DNA of 44,868 bases, taken from positions 1 to 44,868 of the forward strand of contig CAMOFW010000001.1 in NCBI GenBank assembly GCA_946613765.1, read 5' to 3'. The DNA is from an uncultured Mycoplasmatota bacterium. Lineage in GTDB: Bacteria; Bacillota_I; Bacilli_A; RF39; UBA660. The notes below the pieces were generated by a model. The model had not been told where the DNA came from. It saw nothing but the letters and a program-made list of their open reading frames with translations, and made no database searches. Position numbers and translations under genes: made by a program. Positions 29,304 through 37,120 of this stretch are shown here, piece after piece (the stretch's first letter is position 1; every line of letters begins with the position of its first letter).

Positions 29304-31259
29304 TTAGCAATCTGATGTTCCAGGTCCACTACATCCACCATGCCATGAACCATCTTTACATGTACATCCCCAGTGTCCAGGTCCAGAACCATGTCCGTCT
29401 GTTTCTGATGCTGAAGTACAACAATCTCCTCCACCACTTGATGGACAGTCGTGAGTATTACAACTGCTACTTTCTGATCCATTTGGACAAGTTTGATCTG
29501 GGAAGAACTTATCACTGTAGTAAACTGTTCTTGATTGTGTTCCTCCACCACAGCTTTCTGAACAATCTCCATATTCTGATTCACCAGTTCTATTCTTTGC
29601 ATCACAATATTTATATGTAGCATATGATTTAGATTTTACTTCACTTACGTGTCCTAGCATATCTTTTACATAAGCATATACTTGATATGATGCAGGAGTT
29701 TTTCTATTATATGTTCCTATAGTAGTAGAAACTTTAAATGTATATGATGTAGGTCCTTCATTATGAATTGTATCAATATTTGTTGCATCTACATCTACCC
29801 ATTTACAATGTTCTATTTTTTTATCATCTATTAATATACATACAGATTTTAATCCACTGTGATCATCTTTAGCTTTTACTACAACATTTGTATTAGCAGT
29901 ATTAAATCTACTATCTTGTGATTCAACAGTTATAGATTCAATATATGGATTATCTATGTCAACATATGCATCAACAATTCTTTCCGGACATACTGTTTCA
30001 TTACCAGTATTATCCACTAATGTTGTTTGTTCCATCAATTGCTTTTTAGTTGAGTAATTAACATCTTTAAAATAACCACTGTTATCTACTGAACATCCTG
30101 ATTCATTATCAACACATCCATAAATTATTTTTCTGGTTTCAGTTTTCCATACTGAATTATCATTTCTTATTTCACATGTTGGTGCTATAGCATCGGAATT
30201 AGATATTACTAATTCTGTTGAGTATGATGTCATATTTCCTACTTCATCTTCTGCCCATAAGTAATATGTTCCATTAGATAGTGGTGTATTAGCTCCTTCA
30301 TATAAATCATATCCATGATTAATAGTAGCGACTTCATCTGTTACTTCGAATCTGTTATAAATATTAGTCATACCAATATTATTTTCAGCTGTAAGATATA
30401 CATATTTAGCACCAGAACCATTACCATCACTTACATATGCTTTAGCATTCTTACCATCTTTTTTAGTCCATCCATCATATGCACTAGATTTAATTCTAGG
30501 TTCTTCTTTATCTATATTGATTTTAATGACAGCATTTTTAATTGAATCTTTAGTTTGAACTGCTACATGTATTTCATCTTTTAATACAGTTGATGCTGTA
30601 ACAATAACTACATTTGAATATGTTTGATTAATTCTTAATCCAACTGATGGTTCAGTTAAAACATTATTGTTATTAACTTCAATTGTTTTTCCTTGATGAG
30701 TTATTCTTGTACTTAAAATATTATCATATGTTGGATTAACAACAACAGCCACATCAGTATTAACCCAATTTTTATTATCTTCTTTTATATCAATTAATTC
30801 TGATAGAGTATTATTGTAATATTTATAAACTTTAACACCAATTTCATTTGCAAAAGTATCTTCATTTATTAAATCACAATTACTATCATCAGTTACTTTA
30901 GCTGTATAATCATAATCTTTAACACTTATATTGATAACTCTACAAGCAAGATTATCTTCATCATCTGCGGGATTGATAATGAAAGGAATCTCTTCACCTT
31001 GTTCTTTTACATATTTATCAGCTACTACATAACCATCATATACTAGTGTTCCAGCTGCTATAGTTTTAGATGCATCTATAGTATTATCTTCAGCATATTT
31101 AATTGCTTGGGATTTTAAATATTCTAGTTTATTATTAAGTTCTTTTTGTTTTGTATTGTTTGATATAGTAAAGTATACTGGAGTTCCTATTGCAAATAGT
31201 AAACCAAGTATAACTATTACCGCTATTATTTCAGTTAAAGTAAATCCTTTATTATTCAT
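29304..31259 (-). CDS. Large modular type IV pilin-like (prepilin N-terminus) surface protein with TSP1-like repeat and Cys-rich tail
   Basis: The N-terminus MNNKG|FTLTEIIAVIVILGLLFAIG has the class III signal (Gly-1, Phe+1, Glu+5). Three modules each carry DxxP...DxxSG...DxxG(N/H). Residues 566-606 read CSESCGGGTQSR...C...CNTHDCP. The tail is rich in Cys, Gly and His. Confidence 0.8.
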   Translation of the reverse strand: MNNKGFTLTEIIAVIVILGLLFAIGTPVYFTISNNTKQKELNNKLEYLKSQAIKYAEDNTIDASKTIAAGTLVYDGYVVADKYVKEQGEEIPFIINPADDEDNLACRVINISVKDYDYTAKVTDDSNCDLINEDTFANEIGVKVYKYYNNTLSELIDIKEDNKNWVNTDVAVVVNPTYDNILSTRITHQGKTIEVNNNNVLTEPSVGLRINQTYSNVVIVTASTVLKDEIHVAVQTKDSIKNAVIKINIDKEEPRIKSSAYDGWTKKDGKNAKAYVSDGNGSGAKYVYLTAENNIGMTNIYNRFEVTDEVATINHGYDLYEGANTPLSNGTYYLWAEDEVGNMTSYSTELVISNSDAIAPTCEIRNDNSVWKTETRKIIYGCVDNESGCSVDNSGYFKDVNYSTKKQLMEQTTLVDNTGNETVCPERIVDAYVDIDNPYIESITVESQDSRFNTANTNVVVKAKDDHSGLKSVCILIDDKKIEHCKWVDVDATNIDTIHNEGPTSYTFKVSTTIGTYNRKTPASYQVYAYVKDMLGHVSEVKSKSYATYKYCDAKNRTGESEYGDCSESCGGGTQSRTVYYSDKFFPDQTCPNGSESSSCNTHDCPSSGGGDCCTSASETDGHGSGPGHWGCTCKDGSWHGGCSGPGTSDC

Positions 31260-31284
31260 TTATATTCCCTCTATTCTAAAATAA

Positions 31285-31313
31285 ATTTTATCAAAAAAGT
31301 AGTTTTTAATCAA
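31285..31313 (-). promoter_or_regulatory. Near-consensus sigma-A promoter for the pilin-like cassette
   Basis: The minus strand reads TTGATT, a 17-nt spacer, then TGaTAAAAT. It lies directly after the ftsH terminator. An AGAGGGA RBS precedes the ATG at 31259. Confidence 0.65.
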
Positions 31314-31314
31314 T

Positions 31315-31344
31315 TAAAAAAGAACCAGATTATTTTTCTGATTC
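31315..31344 (-). terminator. Rho-independent terminator after ftsH
   Basis: The minus-strand RNA reads GAAUCAG-AAAAAUAAU-CUGGUUC (7 bp including one U-G pair) followed by UUUUUU. The mismatch is a wobble pair only on the minus strand. Confidence 0.65.
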
Positions 31345-33297
31345 TTCTATTTTTTGTTCTAATTCTTCTCTAGTCATTTTTGTATAACCTTTAATACCTT
31401 TTGCTTTAGCAACTTCTTTTAGTTTTAACATTGTTGTTTCATTTGATGTTGCTTCATCATTTGGATTAAAAGTTCCAGTTTCAACTAGTGATTCAATTTG
31501 TTCTTTAGTTAATGTTTCATATTCTACTAAAGCATCTGCAAGTAAATGAACTAATTTTTCATTTTCTTTTAAAATCTTTTTAGCTTTAGCATAACATTCA
31601 TCAATAATCTTTCTTTCTGCTTTATCTATTTCTAAAGCAACTTGATCAGAGAAGTTCTTAGATTTATTATAATCTCTACCTAAGAATACTCCTTCACTCT
31701 TTTGTTCAAATTGAATAGTTCCTAGTTCTGACATACCATATTCAGTTACCATTGCACGTGCAATTGATGTTGCTTTTTTAAAGTCATCAGATGCACCAGT
31801 AGTAATTTGACCTAAGAATAATTCTTCTGAAGCTCTACCACCAAGTAAACCTGTGATACGAGATTCTAATTCTTCTTTAGTAGATATACCAATATGTTCT
31901 TCTTTTGGAAGCATCATTGTATATCCACCAGCCATACCTCTTGGTATGATTGTTATCTTATGTACTTCTTCAGCATCAGGAAGTTTAAGTCCAATTACTG
32001 CATGTCCAGATTCATGGATAGCAACTAATCTCTTTTCTTTTTCAGTTATTTTTCTTGATGTCTTAGCAGGTCCTAAGATAACTCTATCTGTAGCTTCATC
32101 AATTTCATCCATTGTGATAGCATCTTTATTTCTTCTTACAGTAAGTAATGCAGCTTCATTTAATAAGTTTTCTAAATCAGCTCCACTAAATCCTGGTGTT
32201 CTTTTTGATATTGCAGCTAAGTTAACATCTTTAGCTAAGATTTTATCTTGTGCATGTACTTTTAAGATTTGTTCTCTTTCATTTGAATCAGGAAGAGATA
32301 CAGTGATTTGTCTATCAAAACGTCCTGGTCTTAAAAGTGCTGGGTCTAATACGTCAGGTCTGTTTGTTGCAGCCATGATTATGATTCCTTCATTAGCACC
32401 AAAACCATCCATTTCAGTTAATAATTGGTTTAGTGTTTGCTCTCTTTCATCATGTCCACCACCAAGGCCAGTTCCTCTTTCTCTACCAACAGCATCAATT
32501 TCATCGATGAATATTAAGCATGGAGCACTTTGTTTAGCTTGTTTAAACATATCTCTAACACGAGATGCACCAACACCTACGAATAATTCAACGAAGTCTG
32601 AACCTGAGATAAAGTAGAATGGACAATTAGCTTCACCAGCAACAGCTTTAGCAAGTAATGTTTTACCAGTTCCTGGAGGACCTACAAGTAATACACCTTT
32701 AGGTATTCTTGCACCCATTTTTTGGAATTTCTTTGGATTCTTTAAGAAATCTATGATTTCTTCTACTTCTTCTTTTTCTTCTTTTAATCCAGCTACATCT
32801 TTAAATTTAACTTTTCCGCCTTCTTCTAATCTTGCTCTACTCTTACCAAAATCCATTGATTTGTTATTAGACATAGCAAGTTTAGTAAATAGTAAATAAG
32901 CTGCAAAAGCTAAAATTACGATAGGTACTACATTTACAACAATATATAATATAGTAGATGATCCTGGATCTTTATTAGTATCATATGATTTTAAATTATT
33001 GTTATTTTTATATTCAATAATTGATGATACCTCTTCTTCAACTACTTTAGAAGTAAATGATTCACCTTCTTTATAGTCGCTTAATTTACCAGTTATATAA
33101 TATACTGATTCACTACTTTTAGGTGTAATTGTTATTTCAGATACTTTAGAATCTTTAATAGCACTCATTAATTCACCAGTAGTTAATTCATGTACTTCAA
33201 ATCTTGTATTATTATAAAATAGGAATGCAATGATAATTACTAATCCTAAAATAATATAAGGAAATGATGTCTTTACAAAATCTTCTTTTTTCTTCAT
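31330..33297 (-). CDS. ftsH: ATP-dependent zinc metalloprotease FtsH
   Basis: The product has two TM segments, the AAA motifs GPPGTGKTLLAKA and IIFIDEIDA, the second region of homology, and the protease site HESGHA. Length is 655 aa. Confidence 0.98.
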   Translation of the reverse strand: MKKKEDFVKTSFPYIILGLVIIIAFLFYNNTRFEVHELTTGELMSAIKDSKVSEITITPKSSESVYYITGKLSDYKEGESFTSKVVEEEVSSIIEYKNNNNLKSYDTNKDPGSSTILYIVVNVVPIVILAFAAYLLFTKLAMSNNKSMDFGKSRARLEEGGKVKFKDVAGLKEEKEEVEEIIDFLKNPKKFQKMGARIPKGVLLVGPPGTGKTLLAKAVAGEANCPFYFISGSDFVELFVGVGASRVRDMFKQAKQSAPCLIFIDEIDAVGRERGTGLGGGHDEREQTLNQLLTEMDGFGANEGIIIMAATNRPDVLDPALLRPGRFDRQITVSLPDSNEREQILKVHAQDKILAKDVNLAAISKRTPGFSGADLENLLNEAALLTVRRNKDAITMDEIDEATDRVILGPAKTSRKITEKEKRLVAIHESGHAVIGLKLPDAEEVHKITIIPRGMAGGYTMMLPKEEHIGISTKEELESRITGLLGGRASEELFLGQITTGASDDFKKATSIARAMVTEYGMSELGTIQFEQKSEGVFLGRDYNKSKNFSDQVALEIDKAERKIIDECYAKAKKILKENEKLVHLLADALVEYETLTKEQIESLVETGTFNPNDEATSNETTMLKLKEVAKAKGIKGYTKMTREELEQKIEESEK

Positions 33298-33345
33298 AAT
33301 AATCTCCTTTTCAATACTATCTATTATAGCATAGTTTTCTATTAA

Positions 33346-34629
33346 TTATTTATTTTTTTTACAAGTTAATATAATATCAAACTTGTCATTTACATCTTTA
33401 TCATACTTAGATTTTTTATACCCAGGTATCCATAAGATATTATCATCACTATCACAAACTAAAATTATTTCATCTCTTTTGTATAAAGGTATTTTTAAAT
33501 CTATAAAAATATCTTTAATTTTTTTAGCATGATCCATGTTTTTAATTGTCATCTTGTCTCCATCTTTTCTTGTTCTGTATACTAAAGGCATCTTTATTTC
33601 TTTAGAGTTAAGTCTAATAGTATAATTAGATGTATCTGATGATTCTTTAACTTCCATTATTTTTACATTGTTAATAATTATATCTTTATCAACATATAGT
33701 TCATCATATTCTTTAAAGATAATATGATTATTAGGAAGTTTAATTTTAACATATGTTTTATTACTATTAATTGCTTTTAGAATTTCATCAACATTATTAT
33801 CATTAACTTTATATAGGTCATCTATATATAGTGTAGATAAAATATATTCAATTATTCTTCTTTGAATAATCTTTTCTTGTTTTAAAAACTTGTTAATAAA
33901 TAATGTGTTATCAACATAGATTTCACTTAATACTTCTTTAGTATATTTATTAATGAAATCATCTGCTTCAGATATAGTATTAGAATATTTTAAGTATTTT
34001 TTATGAATAAGATCATATTCTTCATGTAGTTTAGGAAGAATATAATGTCTATATCTATTTCTTAAGTAATCATCTTCATTATTAGTATGATCAATATAAT
34101 ATTTATAGTTATTATTATCCATATAATCTACGATATCTTTTTTAGTGTAGAAGATAAGTGGTTTAACTTGTTTATATGATCCTTTATCAGTGATAATATC
34201 AAAACCAGAATATCCTTTTAAGTTAGATCCTCTTTGAATACGCATTAAAATAGTTTCGATTAAATCATCACCGTGATGAGCAGTCATAAGATATGATGCT
34301 TTATATTTATCAATTAATTCATTAAAAAATTTATATCTAATTATTCTTGCTTCACTATGGAAATTAGCTTTAGGGATTGTAGATAATTCAAAGTATTCAT
34401 ATATTAAATCGTTTTCTTTACTAAATTCTTCAACGTATTTAGCTTCTTCATCACTTTGTTTTCTTACTTTATGATTCATATGTGCAACAACTATTCTTAA
34501 ATTAAGTTGTTCTTTTAAGTCACACAAAAGATGTAGTAAGCACATTGAATCAGGTCCACCTGATACACCTACTACTACTGTAGAATCTAAACTTAAGATA
34601 CTTTTTAAATAGTTTAATGATTCAATCAT
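33346..34629 (-). CDS. tilS: tRNA(Ile)-lysidine synthase
   Basis: The PP-loop VGVSGGPDSMCLL is present. The 427-aa gene lies immediately upstream of ftsH, as is typical in Firmicutes, though hprT is not between them. Confidence 0.93.
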   Translation of the reverse strand: MIESLNYLKSILSLDSTVVVGVSGGPDSMCLLHLLCDLKEQLNLRIVVAHMNHKVRKQSDEEAKYVEEFSKENDLIYEYFELSTIPKANFHSEARIIRYKFFNELIDKYKASYLMTAHHGDDLIETILMRIQRGSNLKGYSGFDIITDKGSYKQVKPLIFYTKKDIVDYMDNNNYKYYIDHTNNEDDYLRNRYRHYILPKLHEEYDLIHKKYLKYSNTISEADDFINKYTKEVLSEIYVDNTLFINKFLKQEKIIQRRIIEYILSTLYIDDLYKVNDNNVDEILKAINSNKTYVKIKLPNNHIIFKEYDELYVDKDIIINNVKIMEVKESSDTSNYTIRLNSKEIKMPLVYRTRKDGDKMTIKNMDHAKKIKDIFIDLKIPLYKRDEIILVCDSDDNILWIPGYKKSKYDKDVNDKFDIILTCKKNK

Positions 34630-34663
34630 AAATAAGTCCCTTTCATTTATGCCCTATTTTACA

Positions 34664-34693
34664 CAAAAAAAGCAATAATATCAAGTTATTGCT
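34664..34693 (-). terminator. Rho-independent terminator after the YitT-family gene
   Basis: The minus strand reads AGCAATAA-CTTGATA-TTATTGCT followed by TTTTTTT. Confidence 0.75.
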
Positions 34694-35543
34694 TACGTCT
34701 TCTTTTTCTTTCTTCTTTATTTATATATTTAGTTTCATAAGAATTTAATACTACCATAAATGAATCTGGTTCTAGTTTTTTAATATCTGTTTTTATTTTA
34801 TAGTAATTTCTTGATGCTACTGAACACATAATGAAATCGCTTTCTTTTTTAGAGTATCTACCTATACCATCTAATATAGTTACTCCATAATGATAATTAT
34901 CAATTATATATTTAGTTACTAGTTTTTTCTTTTTAGTAGTAATAAGTATTAATTTATCTTCGTCTACTCCGATTAATTTTTTATTAGAGAATAGTGACAT
35001 CATAAATAGTGCTAACATGGCATAAATCATTTTTTCTATACCAAATACAAATCCACCTAGAACCACTACAAAGCCATCAACAATAAGTATTGATTTACCT
35101 AATGTCATTTTATAGTATTTGCAATATACTTCCTCGACTATATCTGTTCCACCCGAAGTATATCCTGCTTTAAAGACTAGTCCATTACCTATACCTGATA
35201 AGATACCACCCATTAAAGCAAGTATTAGTGTATCTACTCCTTCAAATTTTATTATAGAACTTATTCCTCCAGTTAAGAAAATAAAGAAAGGAAGCAAGAA
35301 AGAACCTAGTATTGTTTTAAGAGTTTTTTCTTTACCTAAACAAACATATGAAACAAATATTAATAATACATTACAAATAAGTACAAATATGGATATATTA
35401 ATATTAAATAGTTTATTAAATATTAAAGCTAGACCTGAAACGTCAGTGGCAGCTAAAGAATTAGGTTGTAAAAATAATGTGAAACCTAATGCTTCAATTA
35501 ATACACCTACTATTAAATGTAAATATTTATTAATATTACTCAT
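34686..35543 (-). CDS. YitT-family membrane protein (DUF161/DUF2179 architecture)
   Basis: The 285-aa product has 5-6 TM segments including GGTDIV. The soluble C-terminal domain reads YGVTILDGIGRYS...MCSV. Confidence 0.8.
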   Translation of the reverse strand: MSNINKYLHLIVGVLIEALGFTLFLQPNSLAATDVSGLALIFNKLFNINISIFVLICNVLLIFVSYVCLGKEKTLKTILGSFLLPFFIFLTGGISSIIKFEGVDTLILALMGGILSGIGNGLVFKAGYTSGGTDIVEEVYCKYYKMTLGKSILIVDGFVVVLGGFVFGIEKMIYAMLALFMMSLFSNKKLIGVDEDKLILITTKKKKLVTKYIIDNYHYGVTILDGIGRYSKKESDFIMCSVASRNYYKIKTDIKKLEPDSFMVVLNSYETKYINKEERKRRRKQ

Positions 35544-35554
35544 AGCACAACTCC

Positions 35555-36650
35555 TTATTTATTTTTTAATAGAGATTCTATTATAGGCATTATATCACCA
35601 TCTAATACCTTATCGGTATTAGAAGTTTCATAATTACTTCTTAAATCTTTAACTAATCTATATGGTTCTAAGACATAGTTTCTTATTTGGGAACCAAAAT
35701 TAATTTCCATAGTCTTTCCTTTAACATCACTTAGTTTTTCTTGTTGTTTAGCTAATTCTTGTTGAAATAACTTTGATTTAAGCATTTGCATTGCCATTTC
35801 TTTGTTTTTAAGTTGGGATCTTTCAACTTGGCATGTTACAACTGTTTTTGTTGGTAAGTGTGTAATACGTACTGCTGAATTTGATGTATTTACTGACTGT
35901 CCACCTGCGCCAGATGAATGATATACATCTATTTTTAAATCAGTTTCTTTAATATCTATTGTTATATTATTATCAAATTCTGGTGTTACCATAACTGAAG
36001 CAAATGATGTATGACGTCTAGCATTTGAATCAAATGGTGATATTCTAACAAGACGGTGTACACCAGTTTCATTTTTTAAATATCCATATGGATAAAAACC
36101 TTTAACAAGTAATGTAACTGATTTAACTCCAGCTTCTTCACCTTTTTCAAAATCTATTACATCATATTTATAATCATTCTTTTCAAAGAATCTTGTATAC
36201 ATACGATAAAGCATTGAGGCAAAGTCACATGACTCTGTTCCACCTGCTCCTGGATGTATTTCTAAGAAACAATTTAAACTATCATATTCACCATTTAGTA
36301 ATGTTTGTAATTCTAATTCATCTATTTCTGATTCAAGATTATTTAATTCATTTAATGTTTCATTATATAAATCATTATCATTTGTTTCTTTAATTAAAGG
36401 TATCATTTCTTTACTTGTTGATACCATATCATTTAATTTTTTATATGAAGAAATACTCTTTTTTAAATTAGTTAGCTTTTGGTTAATCTTATTAGCATTA
36501 TCTATATCATCCCAAAAGTTATCTTTAGACATCTCTTGTTCAAGTGAAGCTATTTCACTTTCTTTTTTATCTAAGTCAAAGAGACCTCCTGATTGTATTT
36601 AATTTATCTTCATAGTCATTTATTTTATTTTCTAGTAATTCAATTTCCAT
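35555..36650 (-). CDS. prfB: Peptide chain release factor 2 (requires programmed +1 frameshift)
   Basis: Frame 0 (36650..36579) encodes MEIELLENKINDYEDKLNTIRRSL and then meets TGA. The +1 frame (36577..35555) continues DLDKKESEIASLEQEMSKDNFWDD... and carries SPF and GGQ (SGAGGQSVN). The frame arithmetic was checked. Confidence 0.96.
36575..36590 (-). promoter_or_regulatory. RF2 programmed +1 frameshift site
   Basis: The minus strand reads AGGAGG TCT CTT TGA C. This is an internal SD-like element, a 3-nt spacer, and the canonical CUU UGA C slippery/stop context. Confidence 0.95.
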
Positions 36651-36682
36651 AATTAATCCTTTCTTTATATAGATTATATTTA

Positions 36683-37060
36683 TTATTTTTTATCAATATA
36701 TTCTATATACTTTTCATAATCTTTTGTAGTGTATTTATCACATTTAATATATGCTTTATACTCTACCACATTATTCATAGTTACTTTAACTAGTCCTGTA
36801 CAAGTATCATCATCTTTTTTTAGTTCATCAATCATTTCATTTTCTTTTAGTTCATTAAATGATATATATTTTGAATCACCTTTTGCAGGATATGAATATT
36901 TTTGTTCATAAAACTTTTTAGTAGCTGTTACTAATTTATCTTCTAATAAAGTATATGGATAAATATCTTTTTTCCATTTTAATGCAAATATTGTTAAACA
37001 TGTAAATACAACTAGGATAAGTAAACCCCATACTATTGATATTGTTTTAAGTTGTTTCAT
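36683..37060 (-). CDS. Hypothetical membrane-anchored small protein
   Basis: The product starts MKQLKTISIVWGLLILVVFTCLTIFAL (one N-terminal TM segment). Its ectodomain ends in a Cys...Cys loop. The start is at the ATG at 37060, after a GGTGA RBS. Confidence 0.6.
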   Translation of the reverse strand: MKQLKTISIVWGLLILVVFTCLTIFALKWKKDIYPYTLLEDKLVTATKKFYEQKYSYPAKGDSKYISFNELKENEMIDELKKDDDTCTGLVKVTMNNVVEYKAYIKCDKYTTKDYEKYIEYIDKK

Positions 37061-37092
37061 AATAATCACCATAATAATTATATAATAATTAA

Positions 37093-37120
37093 TAAAAAAA
37101 AGATAGCAAATTGCTATCTT
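37093..37120 (-). terminator. Rho-independent terminator after htrA
   Basis: AGATAGC pairs with GCTATCT in a hairpin, with a T-run on the minus strand (A-run 37093-37100 on the plus strand). Confidence 0.7.

Noticed and set aside
29288-29623. 111-aa minus-strand ORF and 101-aa plus-strand ORF (29315..29620) overlapping the 3' end of the pilin-like gene
   Set aside because: Both are out of frame with, or antisense to, the 651-aa ORF, whose frame yields the coherent TSR-like and Cys-rich sequence. The extra open frames arise from the locally GC-richer, stop-poor composition, which is reported as a finding, and not from separate genes.
31853-32617. 254-aa plus-strand ORF, the longest antisense ORF in the track
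   Set aside because: It lies entirely antisense to the AAA/protease core of ftsH, whose translation is unmistakable. The product is a low-complexity Ser/Ile/Pro string with no RBS. It is a shadow ORF produced by the codon bias of the opposite strand.
33298-33345. Missing hprT between tilS and ftsH as a sign of deletion or pseudogene
   Set aside because: The 48-nt spacer has no residual coding potential. Absence of hprT from this locus is simple gene-order variation and cannot be interpreted further from this window.
36576-36578. Mollicute-type genetic code (UGA read as Trp), given the AT-richness, DUF285 protein and FA-ending tmRNA tag
   Set aside because: RF2 is encoded, and its own UGA-dependent frameshift site is intact. 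All conserved genes read through without in-frame TGA codons, so the standard bacterial code applies.
1649-36911. About 25 other short plus-strand ORFs of 60-155 aa, e.g. 7791..8216, 35119..35586, 26956..27249, 11458..11745, 24663..24923
   Set aside because: Each lies wholly inside a confidently identified minus-strand gene (ribosomal proteins, secY, parB, the YitT-family gene, the AbgT-like gene and others). They have Leu/Ser/Phe/Ile-rich nonsense composition and no RBS, so they are antisense shadows.
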